NCBI GenBank assembly: GCA_943354475.1
Contig: CALRBT010000003.1
Coordinates: 1,208-65,207 of the forward strand
Direction of reading: 5' to 3'
DNA from: Parcubacteria group bacterium
GTDB taxonomy: Bacteria; Patescibacteriota; Minisyncoccia; Phycocordibacterales; CALRBT01
DNA: 64,000 nt
Below are positions 29,668 to 38,697 of the stretch, one piece after another. A model generated the notes under the pieces. That model searched no databases, was not told where the DNA came from, and saw only the letters and a program-made list of their open reading frames with translations. The first letter of the stretch is position 1, and the number at the start of each line of letters is the position of its first letter. The position numbers and the translations under genes are program-made.

Positions 29668-30354
29668 TTATTCTCGAGTGAAGGTGTACGTACCTCTATT
29701 TGGTGTATAACGTTCCACCCGACATTCTAGGTGTTTTAACCCAGGGATGCCATCTACAGCCGCCAACCCCAAATCATTTACCAGCTCCTGATCCAGTCGT
29801 TGTAAATACCACGGATAGTCAGGTAATTTAACCAGAATGCTAACATTCTCCCCAAGACCAGATACGGTCAAATCGGCAGAAAGATGGAATGTCACACTCT
29901 TTTGATTCCAAATTCCAAGTTCAGATGATCTATTTATAGCAACGACCATTTTTTCAACAAATCGTTCACAGTACTGAATGTTCCATCGTGGCAACCCATG
30001 CACAACTACCCTTGGTCGCAAAACACGAGTACGTCTGATTAGTATATCCCCCTCCTGATCATCATAACTGACAACTCCCGCTTCTCGCAGATGAGCGAGA
30101 GATTCAAGAAGACTACCCATAATCCCAATCGACCCATTTAATACATTGAGAGATGTCACTCCCCCTTCTATCGCGGGAAGATGTTGTATGAGTGTCGTTA
30201 TGCGGCGGACTTCTCCGACGTCCATCTCGGTTATGCGGCGAACTTCTCCGTGGTCTTCCATTTTGTTGGTCCCTATCTTGAGTGACTCCCAGTGAGTCAC
30301 TATATGTTGTACTAAAGCCAAAAACAAAATACATTCTTTACATAGAAATGTCAA
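29668..30354 (-). CDS. Hypothetical protein (228 aa) with N-terminal tandem 11-aa repeat (GEVRRIT x2); true start may be the internal ATG (MEDHGEV...)
   Basis: Intact ORF, GC-enriched; 33-nt tandem DNA repeat and 8-bp palindrome (agtgactc-cca-gagtcact) at the 5' end; hairpin ggacccaacc-ttgc-ggtcgggtcc ~25 nt past the stop. Confidence 0.4.
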   Translation of the reverse strand: MTFLCKECILFLALVQHIVTHWESLKIGTNKMEDHGEVRRITEMDVGEVRRITTLIQHLPAIEGGVTSLNVLNGSIGIMGSLLESLAHLREAGVVSYDDQEGDILIRRTRVLRPRVVVHGLPRWNIQYCERFVEKMVVAINRSSELGIWNQKSVTFHLSADLTVSGLGENVSILVKLPDYPWYLQRLDQELVNDLGLAAVDGIPGLKHLECRVERYTPNRGTYTFTRE

Positions 30355-30355
30355 T

Positions 30356-30397
30356 GATACCCGCGATTATTTTTCTAGAAAAATAATCGCGGGTATC
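30356..30397. promoter_or_regulatory. Perfect 20+20-bp inverted repeat with 2-bp centre (gatacccgcgattatttttc-ta-gaaaaataatcgcgggtatc)
   Basis: Lies between alaS stop (30410) and start of the 29668-30354 gene; could be an alaS terminator (AT-rich apex) and/or a dimeric-regulator operator; TTGACA-17-TATTTT promoter-like sequence on minus strand immediately downstream. Confidence 0.5.
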
Positions 30398-30409
30398 GAA
30401 CACAGAGAC

Positions 30410-32371
30410 CTATTCGAGCACTGCTTTAATTCTCCTGATTCCTGCGGCTACCGCCTCTTCTTTTTGGATTTTAAAGTGTCCGAGTTCGTTCGTGTTGCCA
30501 ACATGTGGACCGCCACAGAATTCAAGTGAAAATGGGTGAGCAATAGGCCCTACCGAATAGACCGAGACGCGCTCTGGATACTTCGCGTTAAACTCATGTT
30601 CAGCGCCCAACTTCTCCGCTTCTTCAAGCGCCATCTCGGTGCGAACCACCTCAATCCCTGCTTTTATTTTTTCATTAACAATACCTTCAACCTGCTTCTT
30701 TTGATCTTCAGTCATCTTTGACCCATAATTGAAGTCGATGCGTAAACGCTCTTGAGTAATATTTGATCCACGCTGATGTACCTCAGGCCCGAGCACCATC
30801 TGAAGTGCCTTGAGAAGCAAATGGTGCGCGGTGTGGAGACGTGTCGTCTTCTCTGTCGTATCAGCAAGACCACCTTTGAACTTCTTTTCGGAGCCCGCGC
30901 GTGAAAGCGCACGATGGTCGTCCATTGCTACCCTAAATCCTTCTTCGTCAATCGTCATCCCCTCTTCGCCTGCAATTTCCAGTGTTAATTCAAAAGGAAA
31001 ACCGAAGGTTTGATAAAGTAACGCTACATCAGCACCACTTAGAGACTTGCCCTTTAATTTGTTAAATTCTTTGAGTCCTCGTTCGAGAGTCATGCGGAAA
31101 CGTTTTTCTTCCTGTTCAATTTCGTTAATGATGGTGTCAGATTGCGTAATCAATTCTGGGTAAGCTCCTTTGTATTTTTGGATGAAAGCCTCGGCAATAG
31201 CCCCGAGAATGTTTCTCTCATCAATTGGCTTATGCTTATGACTAATAGTGTCAGCAAATCGAACCGAGCGACGAATCAAACGCCTGAGTACATAACCTTG
31301 ATCAGTGTTTGACGGGGTTACCCCATCTGAAATGAGGAATACTGCCGCCCGCATATGATCGAGAATGACACGGAAAGCTTTGGTCTGTTTTTCGTTTGCT
31401 CCATACTTTGAACCTGACTCTTCTTCGAGAACAGCAAGTGCACTGTCGAAAAGATCTATGTGAAAGATGTCAGGATTATTGCGAGCTGCCATCTCAAGAC
31501 GCTCCAATCCTCCACCAAAATCAACATTTGGTTTTGGAAGCTTTTCAAAGCCACTGGCCGTCTTTACATATTCCATAAAGACATTGTTCCCAATCTCAAC
31601 AAAACGTCCACAGTCACAATTCACATGACAAGGTTCATCCTTCCACTGCGATTTCTCGTGGAGTTCACGTTCAATACCAAAATCCCAAAACATTTCCGTA
31701 TCTGGCCCACCAGGCTCACCCTCTGGCATATTACCCGGCACACCAACTCGCGACCACCAGTTTTTCTTTTCATTGTAATAAAAGATTCGAGCTCCCTGCA
31801 TACCATTCTCTTCAGGAAAATCAGCGATCTCTGCACCAATCCCTTTTCCAGAAAATAGCTCCTGCCACTTTTCTGCCGAGAAAGTGTCACGTGGAATTTC
31901 CAAATCATCGTTACCTCTAAAACAGGTAACGTAAAGATTATTTGGATCAAGTCCCACTTCCTTCGTCAAAAACTCAAACATCCAAGAAATCTGCTCAGCT
32001 TTGAAGTAATCACCAAATGACCAGTTGCCGAGCATCTCAAAGAATGTGGTGTGGCGATTGTCCCCCACCTCTTCAATATCCTGTGAGCGAAATGATTTCT
32101 GTGAGTCGGTGACTCTCTTTCCAAGCGGGTGGGGGGTGCCGAGAAAATACTGGAGCATTGGTTGCATCCCAGATCCGGTAAAGAGTGTCGTGGGATCATT
32201 CTCAGGAACCAGTGGTGCCGAAGGAACAATGACATGCCCCTGCTTTTCAAAAAAATCTAGATATTTCTTACGTATTTCCCCTGCTTTCATAGTAAAGACT
32301 ATTCTAGCACCTCTTTCTAATTTTTTGAAGAAAGACCCTGTGTATGATAACGTGGCTGTATCCGGCGACAC
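30410..32371 (-). CDS. alaS: Alanyl-tRNA synthetase, C-terminally truncated form (catalytic + tRNA-recognition + editing domains; no C-Ala domain)
   Basis: Class II AlaRS N-terminus (FTGSGMQPMLQYFLG), editing-domain HxxxH (HTAHHLL) and CxxxH (CGGPHV) motifs; 653 aa versus ~870 aa canonical. Confidence 0.9.
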   Translation of the reverse strand: MSPDTATLSYTGSFFKKLERGARIVFTMKAGEIRKKYLDFFEKQGHVIVPSAPLVPENDPTTLFTGSGMQPMLQYFLGTPHPLGKRVTDSQKSFRSQDIEEVGDNRHTTFFEMLGNWSFGDYFKAEQISWMFEFLTKEVGLDPNNLYVTCFRGNDDLEIPRDTFSAEKWQELFSGKGIGAEIADFPEENGMQGARIFYYNEKKNWWSRVGVPGNMPEGEPGGPDTEMFWDFGIERELHEKSQWKDEPCHVNCDCGRFVEIGNNVFMEYVKTASGFEKLPKPNVDFGGGLERLEMAARNNPDIFHIDLFDSALAVLEEESGSKYGANEKQTKAFRVILDHMRAAVFLISDGVTPSNTDQGYVLRRLIRRSVRFADTISHKHKPIDERNILGAIAEAFIQKYKGAYPELITQSDTIINEIEQEEKRFRMTLERGLKEFNKLKGKSLSGADVALLYQTFGFPFELTLEIAGEEGMTIDEEGFRVAMDDHRALSRAGSEKKFKGGLADTTEKTTRLHTAHHLLLKALQMVLGPEVHQRGSNITQERLRIDFNYGSKMTEDQKKQVEGIVNEKIKAGIEVVRTEMALEEAEKLGAEHEFNAKYPERVSVYSVGPIAHPFSLEFCGGPHVGNTNELGHFKIQKEEAVAAGIRRIKAVLE

Positions 32372-32399
32372 GAAACTTGTTCTAATCTAGAGGTGCATT

Positions 32400-32720
32400 G
32401 GAGTGAGAACTCTGGGTTACCCCTTATATGCTATCATGGCTTCTTTACAGCCAAAAAGCTAACGGGGAATATACGGAGCACCCACACAAGTTTCGTATTG
32501 GTAGAAGGGCGATTCACGAACGACTTTCGTGGTCGGCTACCCATTAGTTGAAAAGATGAGGAGGAGTTTGGAGATAGAAAGACCGTCTATTTCTGAGCCC
32601 TTGCACACCGGATGCACGAGCGGATCTACTCCGCCAACATACTACCGGCCACGCGCAATGCGTGAAGCGGTGACACGAGGTCTTATAGCCCCGAGTCACC
32701 GCTTTTCTACTGCCTTATTT
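32400..32720 (+). ncRNA. Candidate structured ncRNA of unassigned class (~300-350 nt, GC-rich) ending in a strong intrinsic terminator
   Basis: Plus-strand region between two minus-strand genes; multiple helices (ggtag..ctacc, cacgaa-cgact-ttcgtg, ggct-tctttac-agcc); 5' cgtggc.. can pair with 3' ..gccacg; terminator aagcggtgac-(20 nt)-gtcaccgctt + TTTTCTACTGCCTTATTTTTCTTATTTTTTC at ~32665-32720; TGTG-TATGAT extended -10-like at ~32343-32351. Confidence 0.4.
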
Positions 32721-33079
32721 TTCTTATTTTTTCTTACCTTCTTAACTCTCTCTTTTTTAGTCTTCGAATTTAGATCAAAGCCTACCATTACCGCTACAAT
32801 CTCAATTGCCCGAGGGTAACTCACCTGCTCAAATTGCATAATAAAAGCAAATAATCCTTCCCCGCTATTATTACAGCAATGACAGCACCAAAATTCTCGA
32901 TCTGCACAAACAGTAAAAGATGGGTGTTTCTCAGGATGGAACGGGCACAAACCAACGTACTCTTTTGGAATCCCGTCTTTTCCCTTTCTGATTCCACGAA
33001 GTCCAACATACTGACCAATGATCAATTGTATTGGTGCAACTTCTCGAAGCTCATCCATGGTTCTTTGTGAATAGCGCAC
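32696..33079 (-). CDS. Stand-alone CHC2 (DnaG-type) zinc-finger protein with basic C-terminal tail
   Basis: GLCPFHPEKHPSFTV CHC2 zinc-finger signature plus additional CCHCC cluster; 127 aa, no TOPRIM/primase catalytic domain. Confidence 0.65.
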   Translation of the reverse strand: MRYSQRTMDELREVAPIQLIIGQYVGLRGIRKGKDGIPKEYVGLCPFHPEKHPSFTVCADREFWCCHCCNNSGEGLFAFIMQFEQVSYPRAIEIVAVMVGFDLNSKTKKERVKKVRKNKKNKAVEKR

Positions 33080-33168
33080 CCCTCTCTCCTATTCCCTATT
33101 TTTCTAAGGGCAGTATATACAAGCAAATTTTAAAATCAAACAAACCCAAAGATAGTGAACTTGAGTTT

Positions 33169-33915
33169 CTACTTCTTCTTTCCCTCAATCAACGCTTTCA
33201 CTCTATCAAACTCGTCCTGAGTGTTTACTTCAAGCTGATGATACTTACCGATTCCAACCTTAATTCCGTAGCCATTCTCGAGCGCACGTAATTGTTCCAG
33301 TAATTCAATCTTCTCAAGTGGTGTTTGTTTAAGCGTCACATACTTCTGTAGAAAATCAGCACGATAGCCATACAGACCAAGGTGTTTGATATGTTTATTA
33401 AATGGTGTACGTGGGTATGGCATGAGCGATCTGCAGAAGTAAAGCGCCATACCATTTTTATCAGTCACTACTTTAACAAAATTAGGTGATAATCTGTCAG
33501 CGTCATTGATAAATGGAGTCCCGACAGTAGACATCACCAATTTTGAATCCTTGAGGAGTAAATCGATTGTCTTATCAATAGCAGCCGGAGGAATGAGTGG
33601 TTCGTCACCTTGTAAATTAATAACAATATCTGGTTTGAACGCTTTAAAGCGTTTGGCAACATAAGCCGTCCTGTCACTTCCACATTTAATTGTACTTGGT
33701 GACATCATTGCGGTACCTCCAAATTTTGTGACCGCCTCCATAATTTCTTTTGAGTCTGTCGCAACCACTACTGCATCAGGAAGTTTCGCCTTCATTGCTT
33801 GTTTCCAGGTGTAATAAATTAGTGGCTTACCATCAATTGACTTCAACATCTTCAGTGGCAAACGAGTTGAACCAAGTCGTGCTGGGATAACACAGAGTAC
33901 TTTCTTCTTTGACAT
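33169..33915 (-). CDS. kdsB: 3-deoxy-manno-octulosonate cytidylyltransferase (CMP-KDO synthetase) family
   Basis: VIPARLGSTRLPLK, LQGDEPLIP, ALYFCRS, HLGLYGYRADFL, PLEKIELLEQLRAL blocks align with E. coli KdsB. Confidence 0.8.
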   Translation of the reverse strand: MSKKKVLCVIPARLGSTRLPLKMLKSIDGKPLIYYTWKQAMKAKLPDAVVVATDSKEIMEAVTKFGGTAMMSPSTIKCGSDRTAYVAKRFKAFKPDIVINLQGDEPLIPPAAIDKTIDLLLKDSKLVMSTVGTPFINDADRLSPNFVKVVTDKNGMALYFCRSLMPYPRTPFNKHIKHLGLYGYRADFLQKYVTLKQTPLEKIELLEQLRALENGYGIKVGIGKYHQLEVNTQDEFDRVKALIEGKKK

Positions 33916-33924
33916 ACAGCTAAT

Positions 33925-34131
33925 TTAGAAAAATGGTAATCGAATAATATAACCAAGAAGCACCGATACAATACCAATAATCACCAGAAACTTCTCTTTC
34001 TTCATTGCACCGATAACCTTTGCGTCAATGGTGCGCTCGCGAGCAATACGGGCATGTACATTTAAAACTACGATTGCAATGAAAACGTTACCGAGAACAT
34101 CGAGTGTTGTGCCGATTAATTCAGTATTCAT
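33925..34131 (-). CDS. Small hydrophobic protein (68 aa)
   Basis: Two TM helices; weak support. Confidence 0.3.
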   Translation of the reverse strand: MNTELIGTTLDVLGNVFIAIVVLNVHARIARERTIDAKVIGAMKKEKFLVIIGIVSVLLGYIIRLPFF

Positions 34132-34206
34132 ATGTACTAGATTATACCTTATTTTGTTTTTCCACTAAATGACGCAATTGGGGCGCCCGTATCCTCGGGC
34201 GCCCCA

Positions 34207-34671
34207 CTATACCAACTTAAATTCTTGAAGTTTTTCCTTGTGCGATGGGAGAAAATCAATGCCAGCAAAAAGTCTCCTTAAGCCATCAACGGTGAAGTAT
34301 TGTGGATTCTCTCCATCACGTCCAGGTCCCATATTAGATAGATCTGACATGAAAACATTGCAGGTAAAAAGACAAACCCAATGCCTTTGATCTTTATCCA
34401 TCAACCACTTTTCAATATAAGATACTTGTACGTGCGTCACTCTGATACGTGCTTCCTCATACAGTTCTCTAATCGCGCTTTCCTTTGGAGTTTTATCCCC
34501 TACCTCTTTATGCCCGCCTGGAAGTTTCCATTTTGAATTTTCTCCAAATTTTCTATCAATAACGAAAACGTAACCGAGTAATCTTTTTACCTCCGCCCTT
34601 GAGTAAACTCTGACAAGAATTAAAGAAGCCCAGTCTTCAGCACCGTCGAAACCAAATTCTTCAAGATACAT
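34207..34671 (-). CDS. NUDIX hydrolase
   Basis: Nudix box GGHKEVGDKTPKESAIRELYEEARI (GX5EX7REUXEEXGU). Confidence 0.8.
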   Translation of the reverse strand: MYLEEFGFDGAEDWASLILVRVYSRAEVKRLLGYVFVIDRKFGENSKWKLPGGHKEVGDKTPKESAIRELYEEARIRVTHVQVSYIEKWLMDKDQRHWVCLFTCNVFMSDLSNMGPGRDGENPQYFTVDGLRRLFAGIDFLPSHKEKLQEFKLV

Positions 34672-34755
34672 TGCACCCCCACTAATTTGTACATTACAAA
34701 AATTCTCAAGAATTTATAGCACAAAATTAACAAAAATCAAATAGTAAGTAGGCAC

Positions 34756-35394
34756 CTATTTTACAGAAAATCTCGATACAAAAAGAAAGGTTGTGATATT
34801 TTGCTTATTATCTTGAAGAGCCTTATCTACAATCTGAAGGTTGGGGTAAAGATCTGCACAAACCTTAGAGGCTATGACCGCCACTGAATCTGAAAGTTTA
34901 CCATCAGCAAGCGCCTTCGCTGCCGTTGCTTGATCAACCAGAATCCCATCTCCTGAAACCTTCATCTGATTAGGGTATTTTCGCTCTAGAGTCTTCATAC
35001 ACTGCACGAGTGCTTGAGGGTGGGACATTATCGTTTTTACGTTTGAAACAGATACTCCCTTACGAACCAAAAGCATATGGTTCACAGGAATTCTCACTTC
35101 ATCAATAATTTTACAGTTGAACTCCGAAAGTGCATTGATTGATTCCTTAACCATCCCACCAATTGAATTCTGAATGGCAAAAAGTCCACGATCAATTTTT
35201 TTCTTTGCAAGTGCATCTAAAACTTTCCTTGTGGTATACAAGTATTTTATTTTGTAATGGGTAATACTGTGCGAGAGAACATAACTCCGCAAAGCCTCTT
35301 CATTAAAACTTCCAGGCCCCCCTTGAATTCCAATGGTGAGTGTCTTTGTAACTCGAGCATTTATTTTTCTTTTTACTGTAGTCTTTTTTTTCAT
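34756..35394 (-). CDS. pheA: Prephenate dehydratase catalytic (PDT) domain protein lacking ACT domain
   Basis: PDT blocks incl. ...SHPQALVQCMKTL... and NITTFLFVSR (cf. NHTRF motif); 212 aa. Confidence 0.65.
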   Translation of the reverse strand: MKKKTTVKRKINARVTKTLTIGIQGGPGSFNEEALRSYVLSHSITHYKIKYLYTTRKVLDALAKKKIDRGLFAIQNSIGGMVKESINALSEFNCKIIDEVRIPVNHMLLVRKGVSVSNVKTIMSHPQALVQCMKTLERKYPNQMKVSGDGILVDQATAAKALADGKLSDSVAVIASKVCADLYPNLQIVDKALQDNKQNITTFLFVSRFSVK

Positions 35395-35409
35395 ACTATA
35401 ATGCTGTTA

Positions 35410-36723
35410 TTAATTGAGCACGTCCTTATCAACAGTTCCAGCGATTACAATAGAAAGTGTCTCTGGATTCAGATGCGCTCTAATAGCCAGATTGACCTCT
35501 GAAAGGGTTACATCTGAAAGTTTGTGAGCGTAGTCGTCAATATACTGTTTATCTCTACCCCCCTCCTTATTTGCCAATAATAAACCAGAGAGACGTGGTG
35601 TAGTCTCGAGAGACACAAGGTACAAACCAATCAATTCTTTCTTTATTTCCCGTAATTCTTTTTCTGTAACCCCTTTTTTTAATAGTTTGTGATATTCCTC
35701 TAAGATCACCTCTTTGCCCACCTTCACTACTTTGGGAGCAAATGTAGCCCATATCATCAAGAAACAGTCTGAGAATGGAGAGACACCGGAGAGTGTGGCG
35801 TTTACCCCGTAGGTGAGCCCGCGTTTCTCTCGCACTTCATTCATCAGTCGTGAAGTAAAACCACCTCCACCAAATATGGCTAGCGCTAAGTAAAGGGGAA
35901 GGTGATCTGGGCCATCTTGTTTAAGCAGGATACTCTGACCAATCAACATGTCCGCATTCGCTTTCCCAGGGATAAACAGAACCTCCTTACGGTTTTTTGT
36001 TTGCAATCTTGGACGGGGAATGTTTGGAAGTGATGGCGTTTCAGTTGTTGAAGTTTTCGAGAAATATTTTTCAAATACAGCTTTCGTTTGTGGTGAGACA
36101 TCACCAACTACTGATACGAGTAGTGTTGAGAAATTAATGTATTTTTTGTAGTACGACTCAATCTCTTTTCTTGTTATCCTATTGGTCAATAAAGCTTCTT
36201 CTTCAGAGGTTGTCGTGAAGTAGGGGTGATTTTCTGGAAAAAGTACTCTAGTGACTGCACGAGTCCCTTGGGAGCGTGTATTCTCCATATCTTCTTTAAT
36301 CATCGCTGTGAATCTTGTTTTCAGTACCGCGAGCTCATTTTCTGGGAAAGTCGGATCATAAAGCATTTCTGCTAGTAACCCTATCACCTCATCCAAGGTA
36401 TCCTTCAAACAAGAAACCGTAAAGTAAATCCTGAAGGGAGAACTCCGAAAAGAAATTGTTGCTCCGTAGGATTCTAAAAGATCTTCAATTTCTGATTTAC
36501 TGTGGTGTGCCGTTCCCTGATCCAGCATAGCTGCAGTCATCCCAGCAAGCTCGGAATTAGTCTCTAAGGCAAAGACATCCCCAGCCAATAGTGAACCAGA
36601 TACAGAGACAATATCTACCGCACTGTTATTGAGTAATAACAATGACCCACCACATCCAAGTTTTGATTCTTGGATTTTATCCCCGAGTGTATGATCATTC
36701 TTTGTTACGATACTCTTTTTCAT
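35410..36723 (-). CDS. M16-family peptidase, non-catalytic (beta-like) subunit
   Basis: Pitrilysin fold without HxxEH zinc motif; adjacent to active M16 partner. Confidence 0.7.
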   Translation of the reverse strand: MKKSIVTKNDHTLGDKIQESKLGCGGSLLLLNNSAVDIVSVSGSLLAGDVFALETNSELAGMTAAMLDQGTAHHSKSEIEDLLESYGATISFRSSPFRIYFTVSCLKDTLDEVIGLLAEMLYDPTFPENELAVLKTRFTAMIKEDMENTRSQGTRAVTRVLFPENHPYFTTTSEEEALLTNRITRKEIESYYKKYINFSTLLVSVVGDVSPQTKAVFEKYFSKTSTTETPSLPNIPRPRLQTKNRKEVLFIPGKANADMLIGQSILLKQDGPDHLPLYLALAIFGGGGFTSRLMNEVREKRGLTYGVNATLSGVSPFSDCFLMIWATFAPKVVKVGKEVILEEYHKLLKKGVTEKELREIKKELIGLYLVSLETTPRLSGLLLANKEGGRDKQYIDDYAHKLSDVTLSEVNLAIRAHLNPETLSIVIAGTVDKDVLN

Positions 36724-36725
36724 AT

Positions 36726-38051
36726 TTATTTATCAATCTTTTCGCTCTGTCCAATAAAGTAACCAATTGTAGATTGATTTTCAATAAAATACTTTTTTGT
36801 AACCCGCAATATATCAGAAGTTGTAACACGCTGAGTTTTTTTGAAGTAATCGCCGTAAAACGTCCAATCTCCAAGCGCAATCGCCTCGTTAATAGCCCCA
36901 GCAACATTGAATGACCCGTCTCTGCTCCATGCCATCTCCGCTTTAGTCTTTTCTTTAACACGCTGGAGTTCCCCATCAGTAACTCCCTTAGATTTTATTA
37001 ATTCAATTTCTTCAATGATTATCTTCTCTACATCACTATGTGTCACATTTTTGGTTGTGTATGCATAAATAATAAGAATATTTTCATCGTGAAATAAACC
37101 ACTCATAATATAGATTCTGCTGCAAAGACCACTATCAACTAAACGTCTTGAGAGTCTACTTGAGCTCCCTACCCCAAGTATCCCTGCCAGTAAATGAATC
37201 GCGTGAGTGTCTCCATCTCGCGCAGATGGAATCTTAAATCCAACACCAACAATATTGGTTTCCCCTGGACGCTTAACTTCCACGCGTCTCACCCCCTCTT
37301 GTCGTGGTTCCACACCCATTTTTTGAGATATGTTATGGGGAGCGCGTTTATGTTCACCAAAGTATTTCTTAATATAGGATAATAGAGCGTATTCATCATA
37401 GTCTCCAATAACCGTAAGCGTTGCATTGTTCGGATAATAAAATGTGTCATAGAAAGCTTTTAGTTTTTTTGCGTTAGTGGTTTCAATATCTTCTCGCCAA
37501 CCAATCGTCGAGTGATGATAAGGATGCATATGAAAGGCGGTGGCCCACATTTGTTTATCCAGTGCTTCAGTTGGATCATTCTCACCTCGTTCAAACTCAT
37601 TAAGGACGACCGGCATTTCAGTTTTTAAATCAGCATCTTTTATAAAAGCAAACCGCATTCGATCCGCCTCAAGAGCAATCGCTTCTTCAAGATAAGCTCT
37701 CGGTAGTGTTTGGTAATAATTAGTTCTATCGAGCCATGTCGTAGCATTCACCCTCCCTCCCATTTTTTGCAAATATACCGCGTGCTCTTTTCCGTTCTTT
37801 TTGTTGAAATTCCGTGAACCTTTAAAAAGCATATGCTCAAGAATGTGTGTTGCACCCGTGTTTCCAAGAACCTCATTACGAGAGCCCACATGATAGGTGA
37901 CCATAACCGTCACAGTTGGAACTGTAACATTTTGCTTCAGGAGAATCCGTAGGTCATTGGAGCGCAGTTTAAAATCCTTTATTCCATTTGAAGTAGTAAT
38001 ATAGGCCAGCCCAGCAGGGAGCTTTGTTTTTATCTGTAAGGTTTTATTCAT
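36726..38051 (-). CDS. M16-family zinc metallopeptidase (pitrilysin-like), catalytic subunit
   Basis: Inverted zinc motif HILEHMLFKG (HxxEH) near N-terminus. Confidence 0.8.
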   Translation of the reverse strand: MNKTLQIKTKLPAGLAYITTSNGIKDFKLRSNDLRILLKQNVTVPTVTVMVTYHVGSRNEVLGNTGATHILEHMLFKGSRNFNKKNGKEHAVYLQKMGGRVNATTWLDRTNYYQTLPRAYLEEAIALEADRMRFAFIKDADLKTEMPVVLNEFERGENDPTEALDKQMWATAFHMHPYHHSTIGWREDIETTNAKKLKAFYDTFYYPNNATLTVIGDYDEYALLSYIKKYFGEHKRAPHNISQKMGVEPRQEGVRRVEVKRPGETNIVGVGFKIPSARDGDTHAIHLLAGILGVGSSSRLSRRLVDSGLCSRIYIMSGLFHDENILIIYAYTTKNVTHSDVEKIIIEEIELIKSKGVTDGELQRVKEKTKAEMAWSRDGSFNVAGAINEAIALGDWTFYGDYFKKTQRVTTSDILRVTKKYFIENQSTIGYFIGQSEKIDK

Positions 38052-38062
38052 GGTAACTTAGT

Positions 38063-38635
38063 TCATCTCTGGAATAGCTCTTTGGCCTCATTTAGGGTTT
38101 TTTCGTACTCATCCACAATAACACTATTGAGCCGACGTTTCAAAACTTCATGAACTGAGGCATAGAACCAGAGATTGTTCTCAACTGAGGTGTTAAAATT
38201 TTTCCAAATTGACGGTCCGTACTTTTTGAAATCATCAATTGTTGAGCGAAGATTGTGAATCTTATCAGCGGCCGAAACAAAAAGAGCCTCTCTGTTTGCA
38301 TCCTCAAGTAATGCTATGTACGCGTCTTTCCTTGGTTTCCAAGAAATCCTTTTGTCTCCCTGTACCTTAACCTCAGTAACAAAGTAAACAATGTCTCGAA
38401 CCTCTCTACCAAACTCTCCCTCAAGTTCTTCAAATGTATAGTCTGTATCTTCAATTGTGTCGTGTAGGAGGCCTGCAATAATTACCTGTTCATCTCGTGT
38501 GTACTCCGAGAGAATGGTCGCCACTGAAAAAAGATGGGTGAGGTAAGGAAAGCTCTTTTCACCACGACGTTTTTGACCATCATGGAGAATACTGGCTTTT
38601 TTGATTGCTCGTTCGATATTAGGAGTCAACTGCAT
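38063..38635 (-). CDS. HD-domain phosphohydrolase (RelA/SpoT-type hydrolase domain, small alarmone hydrolase-like)
   Basis: HD motif (LLHDTIEDT) and flanking conserved residues typical of (p)ppGpp hydrolase domains; 190 aa, no synthetase domain. Confidence 0.65.
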   Translation of the reverse strand: MQLTPNIERAIKKASILHDGQKRRGEKSFPYLTHLFSVATILSEYTRDEQVIIAGLLHDTIEDTDYTFEELEGEFGREVRDIVYFVTEVKVQGDKRISWKPRKDAYIALLEDANREALFVSAADKIHNLRSTIDDFKKYGPSIWKNFNTSVENNLWFYASVHEVLKRRLNSVIVDEYEKTLNEAKELFQR

Positions 38636-38697
38636 AGATGTATATAAATTTTAGATTAAAGAATTATATACAACAACAAGAAGATGGTACAGGGACC

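Noticed and set aside
32529-32819. 96-aa plus-strand ORF inside the GC-rich spacer
   Set aside because: No RBS, odd composition (terminator T-tract translated as FFLFFLTFLTLSFL), and overlaps the terminator hairpin; the region is better explained as non-coding RNA.
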